NCBI GenBank assembly: GCA_028534125.1
Contig: CM052816.1
Span: 60,080,001-60,144,000 of the forward strand
DNA from: Lama glama
Lineage: Eukaryota
DNA: 64,000 bases
Reading direction: 5' to 3'
Below are positions 12,747-24,369 of the stretch, piece after piece. Within the stretch, counting starts at the first letter, position 1. Every line of letters starts with the position of its first letter. The translations under genes were made by a program, and so were the position numbers. Under the pieces are notes generated by a model. That model saw only the letters and a list, made by a program, of their open reading frames with translations. It had not been told where the DNA came from and did no database searches.

Positions 12747-14459
12747 AGTAAAAACTGTCACATTAAAATTTCAAGACTTTCAAAATAAAGCCACAATGAT
12801 CAAGATGGTATGGTACTGAGGAAAAGATCACACACACAAGGGAACAGAATAGAGTCCAGAAATATACCCATACATATATGGTCAACTGATTTTTGACATA
12901 GGTGCCAAGGTGCCATAGGTATAAGGAGAAAGGATTTTCAACAAATGATGATGGAAAATTTGGACATCCATATGCAAAAAACATGAACCTCACTCTATAC
13001 CTCATACCACATCCAAAAATTGACTCTGAATAGATCACAGACCTAAGTGTAAAATCTCAAGCCTGAATCTTTAGAAGAAAAAGTCTTTGAGAAACTCAGA
13101 CTTCAGAAAAAGCCTTTGAAACATTGAGTTAGACAAAGATATCTTTAATAGGACAAATAAAGCAGGAACCACAAAAGAAAAAATCGATAAGCTGGAATTT
13201 ATTAAAATTAAGTTTCTGAAGCACAAAAGACAGTTGTGAAAATAGAAAGCCACAAACTGTGAGAAAATATGCACAAGATGCATATTGGACAGTGGACTGG
13301 TATTCACAATACATAATGAACTCTTCCAACTTAATAATAAGAAAATAAATAACTTTAATTAAAACTTGGGAAAAAATTGGAAGAGACACTTCATCAAATA
13401 GATAAGGATGGTAAATAAGCACATAAAAAGACTTTCAAAACCATCAGTCATTAGGGAAATGTGCATTAAAATCTGACTGAGATACCACAACACACCTATT
13501 AAAATGTAAACAAACAAAAACTGGCATTACCAAGGGCTGGTGAGGATGCAGACCACCAGGAGCACCAGTGGGCATAAAAAGTGGTATATCCAATTTGGAA
13601 AACTCTTCAGCAATTTTGTAGAAAGTTAAACATGCATTTCCCATACAACTCAGCAAAACCCTAGGTATCTATCCAAAGGAAATTAAGATATATGTTCACA
13701 TTTTTAAAAACTATAAAATTATAGCATCTTTAGTCATAATTGTCAAAAACCAGAAACAAACCAAGTGAATATCAACTGGGAGTTAGATAAAATTGTGGTA
13801 TGTCTATATATTGAAATACTATTCAGCAGTAAAAAGGAACAAACTACTTATACAAGCAACAACAGGCATGAATCTCAAAAGTAGTATTTTAAGTGACAGA
13901 AGTGAGAGACAAGAGGCTAAATACTGTATGATTCCATTTTTAAGACATTGTTGAAAAGAAAATAAATCTATAGGAGTCAAATAAGATCAGTGGTTTCTAG
14001 GAAGTATGGTGGAGGGACAAGATTAATTATGAAGGGGCATAATGGAATTTTGGGGGTGGGTTATGGAAATATTCTATAACTTGACTTTGGTGGGGTTACA
14101 TATCTATATGTTTTTCAAAACTTATAGAATTATACACCTAAAATGAGTGAATTTTAGTGTATGTAAAAGATACCTCAGTTAACCTTACTTTTTAAGAAAG
14201 TGAGAAAAAAACAACATAAACAAATAAAAAGGAGGCAAAAATATAAAGCCATGTTAAGTAACAAGTCAGTTTAATAATTTTTGATGTCTATAAGACAGGA
14301 AGGTAAATATCTGGTTCTTTGTATAATTTTGATCATATTTATATATTAAGTTTTCATATATCTAGAAGAAAACCAATTCTCCTTAACTGGGTTATCAATA
14401 AGAAAAATATTTATACAGATGCCAGTGAAAGCAATTTAGGATATAAACTATTCCCCATG

Positions 14460-14948
14460 TATAGTGGGCTGAATGGCGACCCCAAAAGATAGGTCTACAT
14501 CCTAATCTTCAGAATCTATGAATGTTACCTGATATGGTAAAAGCATGAATATTACCTTATGCGGCAGAAGGCATGATTAAGTTAAGGATCTTGAGAGAAG
14601 GAACTCACCCTAGATTATCTGGGTCTGTCTAAGCACAATTACATGTACCTTTATAAGGAGGGAATTGTGAGACACACAAAGGGGAAGGCCACGTGAAGAT
14701 GGAGGTAGAAACTGGAGTGATGTGGCCACAAGTTCAAAACTGCTGGCCACCACCAGAAGCTGGAAGAGGCAAAGAAGGGGCTCTCCCTTAGAGTCCCCAG
14801 AAGGAGTACAGCCCTGTTACCTTGATTTCAGCTCCAAGAAACTGATCTTGTACTCTGGCCTCCAGAATTATAAGAAGACAAACTTCTGTCGCTTTAAGAC
14901 ACCAAGTTTGCAGGTAATTTGTTATAGAAACCATAGGTGACGAATACA
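14460..14948 (+). mobile_element. MLT1D-like MaLR solo LTR
   Basis: AGTGGGCTGAATGGCGACCCCAAAAGAT...ATGATTAAGTTAAGGATCTTGAG...CCACCAGAAGCTGGAAGAGGCAA...GTAATTTGTTATAG...AATACA. Confidence 0.8.
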
Positions 14949-15128
14949 ACACATTCTATGATATGATAATATAAAGACATTGGTACTCATGCCGAATTTG
15001 GCCGCAAGAAGCAGGCCCTGTGTGAATTTTTCTTGGACTGTACTGACCAAGGTAGCCTGTTGCTTGGATTGTTTCCCTACCCCTTCACCATCACACCTGC
15101 CCAGAGGGAGAGGTAGAACCACAGCAAC

Positions 15129-15645
15129 TGCAGTAGAGGCTGCTACGTGCCCACTCAATAGCCATTCTCCCTTCTTCCTTAGGAAGAAACACCTACACAG
15201 TTAGACACTGCAGTGGGCCCAGCTGACAAACCACATTTCCAAACATCACTTATAGATACAGGTGGCCAATGAAATTTAAGCAGAAATTACTGGGGAAAGT
15301 TGCAGGAAAAGGTCTTCAAAAGAAGTTGATTCAATTGGAATGCAAATGCCTTAACTCACCTCCTTTCCTTCTTCCTAATGTTCGCAAGGCAGAAGTGATG
15401 ACTGGAACTCCAGCAACCATCTCTCAAGAACAAGGTGACCTTGAACATAGAATTCATGCACTAAAGATAGAGCAGCAAAAAATACAGAGGGAGCCTGGGT
15501 TCCTAAGGACCATGGAGCTGCTGTACTAGTTCTGGACTGCTTGCTTCTGTTCTACATGAAAGGAAGTATAAAAGGGCCTTATTTTGTCAAAGCCACTGTT
15601 CTTCTGAGTCTATTATTAGAAGTCAAAAGCAATTCCTAACTGATT
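15129..15645 (+). mobile_element. Old MaLR solo LTR (MLT1I/J-like)
   Basis: CCATTCTCCCTTCTTCCTTAG near the start, GTGATGACTGGAACTCCAGCAACCATCT internally, and GCAATTCCTAACTGAT at the end. Confidence 0.65.
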
Positions 15646-16949
15646 TAATGATCTAATTAACTTTATAAAACGATACCAAAAACTAGAAAGAAAGTTAAAA
15701 ATGAAAAGTTGTAGATAGCTTAACTTCCCCCTCCCCCGTTTTAGCTTTCTTGAAAACAAATGTGTTGCTCTCATAGAAGGTTTGTATTATTTTCATCTGC
15801 TAATCTTTACTTTTTTTTCTTTTCAGTTAGACTGAAAATGAATAGAAAGGTACAAGTTAGTTATAGGCCACATCACTCTATGTCCCCAAAACTGACTGAA
15901 AAGAGTACCCAGCCCTGTTACTTGCTCTAAATCAGAAAAAAAAAAGTACCGTAGTGGCCAAAGTACTATTCCCCCATGCTCTTATATTAGTACTCAATGT
16001 ACTCAAAGAGCATCAAAACACTTCCTTACTAAACTGTGTAATTTTGCATTGTAGAGGCTGACTTACTTGGATTCTAAACACTTCAGACAATTTTCTCTTG
16101 ATCATTAAAAACACAATTAAATCTACAAAACAGGTATACAGATGCAAAATCTGAAAAAAGAAAAAAGAACTCCCAAGTGAGGGGAATGAGCAGGGAGAAC
16201 TGCTGAGTGAAGTGACTAAAAGCAGACTTATAAAACAATAGTTAGAAAAAGTGATAAAAATAAGAATAAAAGAGCCTCCTCAGGTTATAAAATATAAGAG
16301 GACCTGCAGCCAGTGGGACTGACTGCCCCCAGGCCTGAACCTTCTGAGCCTCATTTCTGTTTACAAGAGCCCCATTCACACCTCTTTACAAATCCTCCAT
16401 TCACACCACCTCACAGGCTGTCCTGGGGGAGCAATTTGGGGAAGGCAAGGACTATAAACAGAAGGCACAGTAAACAAGATCACAAGCACTGCCAGGTACA
16501 GGACATAAAGCAGAACAGTTCGTCTACACTGGGCTCCTAATCTAATTTTACCCTCGTCTGAATTCCCTTCACCCTCATAATACTTCTTAAAAGGGAGGTT
16601 TAAACCAGTTCAAGGGACATGAAAACTAAAAAATTCTTGTTGCATGCACTTCCCATTTGAAAGGAAACCACTGAACACACTAAGGTGAAGCCCCACAGAA
16701 CCACCCCAAGGACACTTCCCAAACAATTGTAACCATACATGTGTCTTGTCTGGCTTACGCCACTGGGCAACAAAGTTAAGAGGAATGGGGAGTCACTTCG
16801 ATTGCACTTTAATTTCAGCTCGGGAACATCATCTGAGGACAACTGAAAAATCATTCACACCAGGGAGAGCACTGACCTTGACTTGTAAGGTGGAAAGAAT
16901 GGAGATTAAGGCATCTAAAGACAGGCAGGGATCTGCCACGATTCTGTTA

Positions 16950-17060
16950 AAGGATCTTAGACTAGTTACTAACCTCGCTGTGCTTCAGTTTCCTCATCAG
17001 GAAAATCAGGTTGATAATACATTAATTCCAGGACCAGGTGAAGAACAATGCCCATAGATG
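16950..17060 (+). mobile_element. MIR fragment
   Basis: AGTTACTAACCTCGCTGTGCTTCAGTTTCCTCATCAGGAAAAT. Confidence 0.55.
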
Positions 17061-17924
17061 TTCTGGAAACAGTGATTCATTTTCCCCTTCTTCTGCACAT
17101 TCTCCTAGCCCCAGACTGGCAACCCAGAGGCCAAAGCTGGCCTATAGACATGTTCTTGCTGCAAATTGTGGGTTGTTGTTTTGTGGGGCTTTTTTTTTAA
17201 CCTTAAGAAGCCACAATTAAATATTTCTCTAAAACTGCAGTTTCAGTGTATCTTGAAACACTGAGATGGTAAAACTGGCCTGCATTCCTCCATGGCCTCA
17301 CCACTGCTGGAGCTGACTGTGTAGACAGGGCATTTGCTATCCAGTTCATCAGCCTCCTAATCCAGCCATGTTCGTTCCCTTCAGTTAAATGCCTGACATT
17401 ATAGACATCTGAGTCTGCCAAATCTGCTAGCAATCAGTCACAAAGGACCCACTGAAACCACTGTCTTCTCTTCTCTCTGCCATGTCACACACTCCTTTGG
17501 TACACTAATCCAGTACTGAGGCTACACATGCCATTCGGGCCAACTCTGCCCATGATGGAGCAAGAGATTAAGGTGAAGTTGCAAGTTTAGTTAACACTTT
17601 ACATGGAATCAAGTTATGGGGGAGGACGGTCGAGGAGACACACACAGACACATGTAGACACATACACAAGATGCACAGACACACATCAGTTGAGCGACCC
17701 ATGACTGATTGACTATCTAGTCAGTAAGGTTCACTGTTTCCCTTTTGTGAATTCAGTGAAAAGAGTTTGTGGGAATAAACAAAGTAAAAATCATGCACTT
17801 AATTCTATAAGTGTTAATTAATGTTTAAATGTATTTCTTTATTCTAATGTGATTCAGCATAACACCTACACATATAATCAAATGTTAAATTAATTTAATT
17901 ATCAAATAAACAGATAATGAGAAC

Positions 17925-18108
17925 AAACTGTTAGGCGACTATGGAGAAACAGGCACTCTCACACTGTAGATGGGAGTATGAAATAGCACAATCCCTACGA
18001 AAGGAAATTTGGAAACATCTAACACAATTCTAGATGAATTTACCATTTAGACCTAGGAATAGATCTTGAAGATACACCTGCATACATGAGAAATAACATG
18101 TGCATAAG
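17925..18108 (+). mobile_element. Old L1ME-type ORF2 C-terminal fragment
   Basis: GGAGAAACAGGCACTCTCACACTGTAGATGGGAGTATGAAATAGCACAA...GGAAATTTGG. Confidence 0.55.
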
Positions 18109-18138
18109 TGTATCAGTTATCTACTACCTCATCACAAA

Positions 18139-18251
18139 TACAGTTACCAGATGTCTTGGTTTGTCCAGGACTGTGGGGTTTACTGAAACTCAGAACTTTC
18201 AGTGCTGAAACTACAACAGTCCCAGGCAAATTCAGGCTCTTAGTCATCCTA
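18139..18251. mobile_element. MER81-like hAT-Blackjack MITE
   Basis: 113 bp: TACAGTTACCAGATGTCTTGGTTTGTCCAGGACTG...ACTTTCAGTGCTGAAAC...GTCCCAGGCAAA...GTCATCCTA. Degenerate 8-bp TSD ATCACAAA / ATAATAAA. Confidence 0.75.
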
Positions 18252-18275
18252 ATAATAAACTGCCCTAAAATTTAG

Positions 18276-19545
18276 AAAACATATTTATTTGGTAAGCTTG
18301 GCAGTGATTTTTTTTAATCTGACACCAAAAGCAAAAATAAGGAAGAGGGAGTATACCAAACTAAAAAGCTCCACAGCAAAGAAAATCATCAACAAAATGA
18401 AAAGACAACATATGAAACGGGAGAAAGTATTTGCAAATCATATATCTGAGAAAGGGTCAATATTCAAAATGTATAAAGAATTCACACAACTCAATAGCAA
18501 AAAAAAAAAAAAACCCCAAACAATCCAATTTTTTAAATGGGCAGAAGACCCAAACATTTTTCCAAAGAAGACATACAGCTGGCCAACAGGTACACAAAAA
18601 GAGTGCTCAGTGTCACGAATGATCAGGGAAATGCAAGTCAAAACCGCAATGAGATATCACCTCACATCTGTTAGAATGGCCATTATGGAAAAGACAAGTA
18701 ATGACAAGTGCTGGCGAGGATTTGGTAAAAAGGGAACTCTTGTGCACTCTTGATGGGAATATAAATTGCTGCAGCCACTCTGGAAAATAGTATGGAGAGT
18801 CCTCAAAAAATTAAAAATACAACTACCATATGACCAAGCAATTCCACTTTTGGGTATTTACCTGAAAAAAAAGCAATACTAACTTGAAAAGATACATGTA
18901 ACCCCATGTTCACTGCAGCATTATTTATAATAGCCAAGATACATGGAAACAACCCAAGTGTCTATCAGTGGATGAATGGATAAAGAAAATGTGATACACA
19001 CACACACAATGGAACATCATTCAACCATAAAAAAGAATGAAATCTTGCTATCTGCAACAATATGGATGGACCTCAAGGGCATTATGTTATTTCTAAGTGA
19101 AATAAGTCAGACAGAGAAAGACAAATACCATATGATCTCACTTACACATGGAATCTAAAAAATAAACAAAAAAACAAGCCCATCAATACAGAGAACAGAG
19201 AGGTGGTTGCCAGAGGTGGAGGGGTTAGTGGGGGAGAAATGGGTGAAGGGGGTCAAAAGATACAAACTCCCAGTTATAAAAATATAAGTCCTGGGGATGT
19301 ACAGTACAGCACTGTGACTATAGGTAATAATATGGTATTGCGTATTTGAAAGTTGCTAGGAGAATAGATCTTAAATGTTCTCATTATAAGGAAAAACTCG
19401 TAACTATGTGTGGTGATGGGGGGATATTAACTAGACTTATTGTGATCATCTGGCAATGTGTACAAATATCAAATCATTATGCTGTACACATGAAATTAAG
19501 GTTATATGTCAATTATACCTCAAATTTTAAAAAGCTAAAAAAAAA
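18276..19545 (+). mobile_element. 5'-truncated L1 (L1MA9-like): ORF2 C-terminus, 3' UTR and poly(A)
   Basis: ORF 18289-18753 ends ...REMQVKTAMRYHLTSVRMAIMEKTSNDKCWRG. ORF 18976-19158 ends ...SEISQTEKDKYHMISLTHGI. The 3' UTR has GTCAAAAGATACAAACTCCCAGTTATAAAA, with an A-tail at 19529-19547. Confidence 0.9.
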
Positions 19546-20350
19546 AACTTCAGTACTAAAACCAGAACAGTCCCAGGCAAACCAGGACAGTTTGTCATCA
19601 TAGTAACAAACTGCCCTAAAATTTAGCAGCTTAAAACAATATACACTTTTTTATCTCCCAATTACCTCCTTATTACACGAGTCAGGAATGCAGGCAAGGC
19701 TCAGTTGAACCTGGGCTTCACAGGCTCTGACAGCGCTGCGTTCAAAATGTCAAATAAGGCTGGGGTCTCATCTGAAGGCCCAGCCACGGGAGGACCTGCC
19801 TCCAAGCTTGCTTACCTGGTTGATGGCAGGATTCAGTTCCTTGGAGCTGCTGGAATGCAGGCTTCAGTTACTTGCTGGCTGTGGGCTGGAGATCAATCAC
19901 CCTTAGTTCCTTGCCAGGTGGACCTCCCCAACATAGCAACTTGCTTTGTCAAAGCCAAACAAAAAAGAGCATTTTCTAGCAAGACAGAAGTCACATTTTT
20001 TGGTAACCTAGTCACAGAAGCAATAACCCTTCCGTATTCTTTGGTCAGAAATAAGTTACTCAAGGGGAGGGGCTTATACAATGCCAGGAGGTAGAAATCA
20101 CCTGGGGCCAGTGTAGACGCTGTCTGACCCTGGCCTAGGCATATCAGACACATTTGTGTTCTATTTTAAATCCTCTCCACTCCCACCTCTTCCTCTCGCC
20201 ACTGCGATAGCAAAGCCCCAAGCCTTGATTAGCTTTACACAGGTGCAACGTGACAGTGCTTTGCTTCGAGCCTGTGATAATGTCTGATACAGGTCACAGT
20301 ATTCCAAGCGGTATACATCCATAGATGGGCAGCACTATAGTGTGGCAGGG

Positions 20351-20417
20351 TTTTTGGCCTTTTTTATTGAGTATAGTCAGTTTACAATGTTGTGTCAATT
20401 TCTGGTCTATAGCAAAT
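20351..20417 (-). mobile_element. Very short camelid L1 3'-terminal fragment
   Basis: TTTTTTATTGAGTATAGTCAGTTTACAATGTTGTGTCAATTTCTGG is the reverse complement of the L1 tail at 36299-36345. Confidence 0.75.
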
Positions 20418-20940
20418 GCCAGCATTTCATTTATCACTTGTCCTCTGTACCACCTTTCTTCTCTAGCCAGAGAAACAGTAGTAAATGGCATTTATGATTT
20501 TTTTCACAGCCAAATAAGGTCGGAACAACTCTGTATTTCTCTTTCACCAGTACACAGTTACTCTGGTAAGTATCCATAGGTCACTCTGGGGAAAGACTGA
20601 GGTAATGTGTATTGTTTACACATGTGATGGACTTACAACGCTCTTCTTCAAGGAGACCCAGCCTCCTCTTCAATCACTGGGCTCTGGGTCTATGAGCTAA
20701 CTTACCTGGAAGCCCAGGTGGAGGGCCATGATTTTCCCACTACAACATCTGACATCAGTTTTTTCCCCTCATAGCGCCTACATTTTTTGGCTCCTTTTAA
20801 ATAAAATTCAAGAATTAGTGTGGAATCAGTATGGTTGTTTTGACCCTACACTGCTAAGAAAAAAATCATAAATGTCATTTCCTACTGTTTCTCTGGTTAG
20901 AGAAGAAGTACAGAGGACGGGCGATACGTGAAATTCTGGC
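20418..20940. repeat. Long imperfect inverted repeat, arms 20418-20529 and 20834-20940
   Basis: Manual alignment of the left arm to the reverse complement of the right arm gives 89/107 identities plus one 5-nt indel. Spacer about 304 nt. Confidence 0.9.
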
Positions 20941-21280
20941 CCTGGTCGGTGTCATAGTGAAACCAGTAGTTCTCTCTCCAGTAACTGAGCTTATAATTCG
21001 GATGGGTAAACTTAGAAGATGGAAACCCTCTCATGGGTTCCCTGAATTTTGAAATTAGAGCCTTTGTAGTAAGAAAGTCGACACAGAAGGTGGGTGTGTT
21101 TTTATATCATTAACAGCTTTGGGTGACAGGTACATGCAAAATAAAATTAGATATCACCCATTTTCTTCCCAGGCATCATTTGAGGGGGACCAAAAGTCCT
21201 GAAGCCAGAATGTGCCCTACAGGTGTGATGTGAGGAAAACCGGGCACTCTAAGTATGTCCTCCACCCACTAGTCTACTTC

Positions 21281-21718
21281 TGTAAAAGGTAATTACCCCT
21301 AAGGGGAACAACATATTAACAGGAAGTCAGTTATACCCTCTATACCACCCATCAGAGGAACTTCTTAGCCTCAACTAGACGCTCACACTCACAAGACAAC
21401 CAGAGACCGCAAGTGGTCTACTCAGAACAATGTAAGGCAGGACCACAGGTCACCAGAAGGGCAGCACCAGGGGTTTCCCTCAGTGAAGGTCAGTACATCA
21501 GCCTGCCCAGACATGCAGCACTAACTTCTGCTCAGGTACAAGAGATAAGAGCCACACGGGGCAGATGTGGGAGCTAACCTGGCTTAAAATCCTCACTCCC
21601 AAAAGGAGCCAAGATCTCTTGTAGCAACTCCCTAGACATGGCTTTCACTCCCCACAAGGGACACTGCATTACAAAAGTCACCACACCCAGGGGAGCCTAA
21701 AGTATGGTGTCCTTAACA
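21281..21718 (-). mobile_element. Possible ancient solo LTR (family uncertain)
   Basis: About 440 bp bounded by TGTTAA...TTTACA on the minus strand, with LTR-like composition. No TSD seen. Confidence 0.3.
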
Positions 21719-24369
21719 GGAATTTCTGGTTCTTTAGAGCTTCCTCCCAGCCCAGATATAATTGACCAGTCAGGGGTCATTTTATGATCAGCAATGTTGC
21801 TTGGAAATACAGTTTGCATTTTAACCTAAGAGGTTGCCAGAGTAACAGAGCTGGACAGTTAACCAAAGGTCAAGTTCTCATGCAGAAGGGAAAGGCTGTT
21901 TACCCTTTACCCACCATCCTTGTTTGAAAAAGTCTTGTTTCACAGATTCTGCTCTTCTTGAGAAGGAGCTACGTAGCTGCAGAAGTGTTCCAATGTCCTT
22001 GAGGGAGTTGCAAGGAAAGGCATGGGTGGAAGCAGAATTCCAGAACAAGCCTTACCTCCTCCCTTTGTTTTTCTCAAACAAGCCCTACTTGAAGTATGAG
22101 GCTAATGTGATTCTTGGTTTGTCTGTATGTTTGTTTGTTTGTTTGCTTCAAATAGGAAGGCCACTGTGGCAAAAAACAGACAAATCTTAGGGCTTCATCT
22201 GATACCAGGATAATTAAAGCAGAACGGAAATGGTGCCCAGGCTCCACCATACCCTTCAGATCAGCCGGCAGGACAGCCTTACCCAGGTTCCAGAAAGTCA
22301 CCAATTAGCTACCTATTAGGCTCCCTCTGGGTGGTATTCAGGAGCAGCTCTCCTGAACCCCTGGATGCTGCACTGCCTTCCAGGGGAGGCTACCGGCCTG
22401 TGACACAGGTCCAGGGCTAGGGGAGCCCCTACTTACAACTGTCCCTCTCTCAGGCCCCTGAGCCCTTAGGTGCCTTCAATTCTCTGCTCCCTTGCATAAG
22501 GCGCCCTGTTTTCCTCTCCCGGATTTTGTCATTTGGTTTCATTCTGTGTCCCCTGGGGTGAAGGTGGAGGGAGTTTAGGGTCCACGCAGATGAAGGGCCG
22601 AATGAAGGTCAAGTGTCTCTTTCCACAGTGATCAAGTCACCTTCCCAGTCAGAGTGGGCGCCTCAGTAACAGCCTCCTGGTCTGTTCCGCTAAAAGGGTC
22701 TCTGACTCTCCTCCCTTGAGTTACATTGAGACCAGGTCTTCCTCTGTCCTTTCAGCTTGACGGGCGCCATCCCCCAGGAGAGCAGAGGAGGTGAGGAACT
22801 TATTCCGCACATGAAGACTTCCAATTTTCCAGAAGCCTGCCTTGTTTATAGTTCAAGAAACTGAACGTCTGTGGGAAAAAGGTTTGCCCCGAAAGACCTC
22901 ACCTCTTCCCCAGGATGTGCGGTGGGCAAACTCTCCAGGGAGACCTGGGTTTTCATCTTCGGGGCCCTGCTCTGTCTTCCTTAACAGCCAAACTCTCCCC
23001 TTGCAGCTTGCCGACTGGCATCAGCCCAGTGGAGAAAACTCAGTTATTTTCTCCCTCAGCAAGTCCAATGTGCTTCTTTAATGATTCTAGTGGCACTCTG
23101 GTCAACTGTCCAGAGAGCGAAGAACAGTCTTTGGCAGGTGGGGGTGGGGGGGTTGGCTTGGACAGACGAGCTGGCATCTGGGGGCCAAGGAGGGCTGTGC
23201 AGTGATTCCTTAATGAATTTGTTTAAGAGGGGAGATGAAATATAGGGCAGAGTCTGAGAAGACAGAGGGGGAGAAGTGGGGAAAGAGAGCAGATGTTGTA
23301 AAAGACACTCTTTCATGTTTCCTGTGCACCAGAAATCGGCAGATGTATGTTGGCAGGGCTACAGTCAGAGAACAGAGGGAGGCGGGAGTTGACACATCTG
23401 GAAATCATTTGGCAGAGGGCAGAGTTCAAAGGCTTTCTGCCTCAGCTGCCTGCAGACCTACCTTGCCGCATGGGACAGGGCTGAGTGAGGGGCCACCAAT
23501 TATAGGGTCTCTCTGGCCTCTCTAACATGGGGACCCTACCTAAGCCAGAGACCTGGCCTCTGTGTAGTTCAGTCACATGGAAAAGTTTAAATGATGATAA
23601 AAAGAGAGAAGGGGACAGGGGAAGGAGGGAAGCACAGCAGAGAATACACCACAACTGAGAGAAGCCTGGCTGGAAATCAAGAAACAAAATGTACTTGGAC
23701 CAAATCCAGTGCATGAGTTAACTTGAGAGCAAAGAACACCATTCAGTGGAGGGAAAAAAGAAAAAAAGCCTGCTCTGCTGCACAGTAACACCCAGGGATC
23801 ATGCTCACACCACATTTACTTTTCTCAGAAATCTCTGCACACTTTGCCTTCACTGATTTAGGAATGTGGAGCGCCCTCCTGATCCTGAGGGAATGACTCC
23901 CTTTGGGAGGATTTATGGGGTTCCGCAAAGAGAGAGAGCAGGGTCTCTGAGGAGCCGGTCATCACCCCACCAACCCACAGCCTCTGCTCCACTGTCCTCC
24001 CTCCCAGAAGAGGGCAAGGTCAGCTCGAGTGTTTAGCTTCCGTCCAAGGAGACACACATCTTCGGGGTGAACTTGTGTCCTGGCTTAAAGTTCCTGCCAC
24101 ACTCAATCGGTCAGACCCATTGGTTGCAGCTGCTGGTGGGCTGCGCTCGGGGCTTCATGTGGTCTGGGTGGGAGGTGAGCTCACAGGGAGTAGTAATGAG
24201 TTAAAGGCCCTGGGGCTCACCCATGTGAGTTAATGTGGCCCAAGACCTCAGAAGGACCAGAGTCCTCCTGGGGAGAGAACAGAGCACGGGAAAAGCTGAG
24301 TAACAAAAGACAACCAAAGAGAATAAATGCCTAGTGTGAGAGAAAACATGCTCAGACAATCCCCTCACA

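Larger units (their letters stand above)
10910..14215 (+). mobile_element. Older L1M (MC/MD-class) ORF2 and 3' UTR relic, interrupted by a SINE and an LTR
   Basis: Diverged RT-region text (TATCCCAGGAATGAAAAGTTGGTTCAGCATT, GAAAACCTACAGCTAATAACACACTTAATG). Resumes after 12750 and ends TGTATGTAAAAGATACCTCAG...A-rich. Confidence 0.8.
18109..20130 (-). mobile_element. MLT1F-like MaLR LTR split by MER81 and an L1 (pieces 18109-18138, 18252-18275, 19603-20130)
   Basis: TGTATCAGTTATCTA, GTAACAAACTGCCCTAAAATTTAGCAGCTTAAAACAA, GGCTGGGGTCTCATCTGAAGGC and GGCAGGATTCAGTTCCTTG are reverse-strand MLT1 hallmarks. Confidence 0.75.

Noticed and set aside
18289..18753. 154-aa ORF
   Set aside because: Frameshifted L1 ORF2 remnant.
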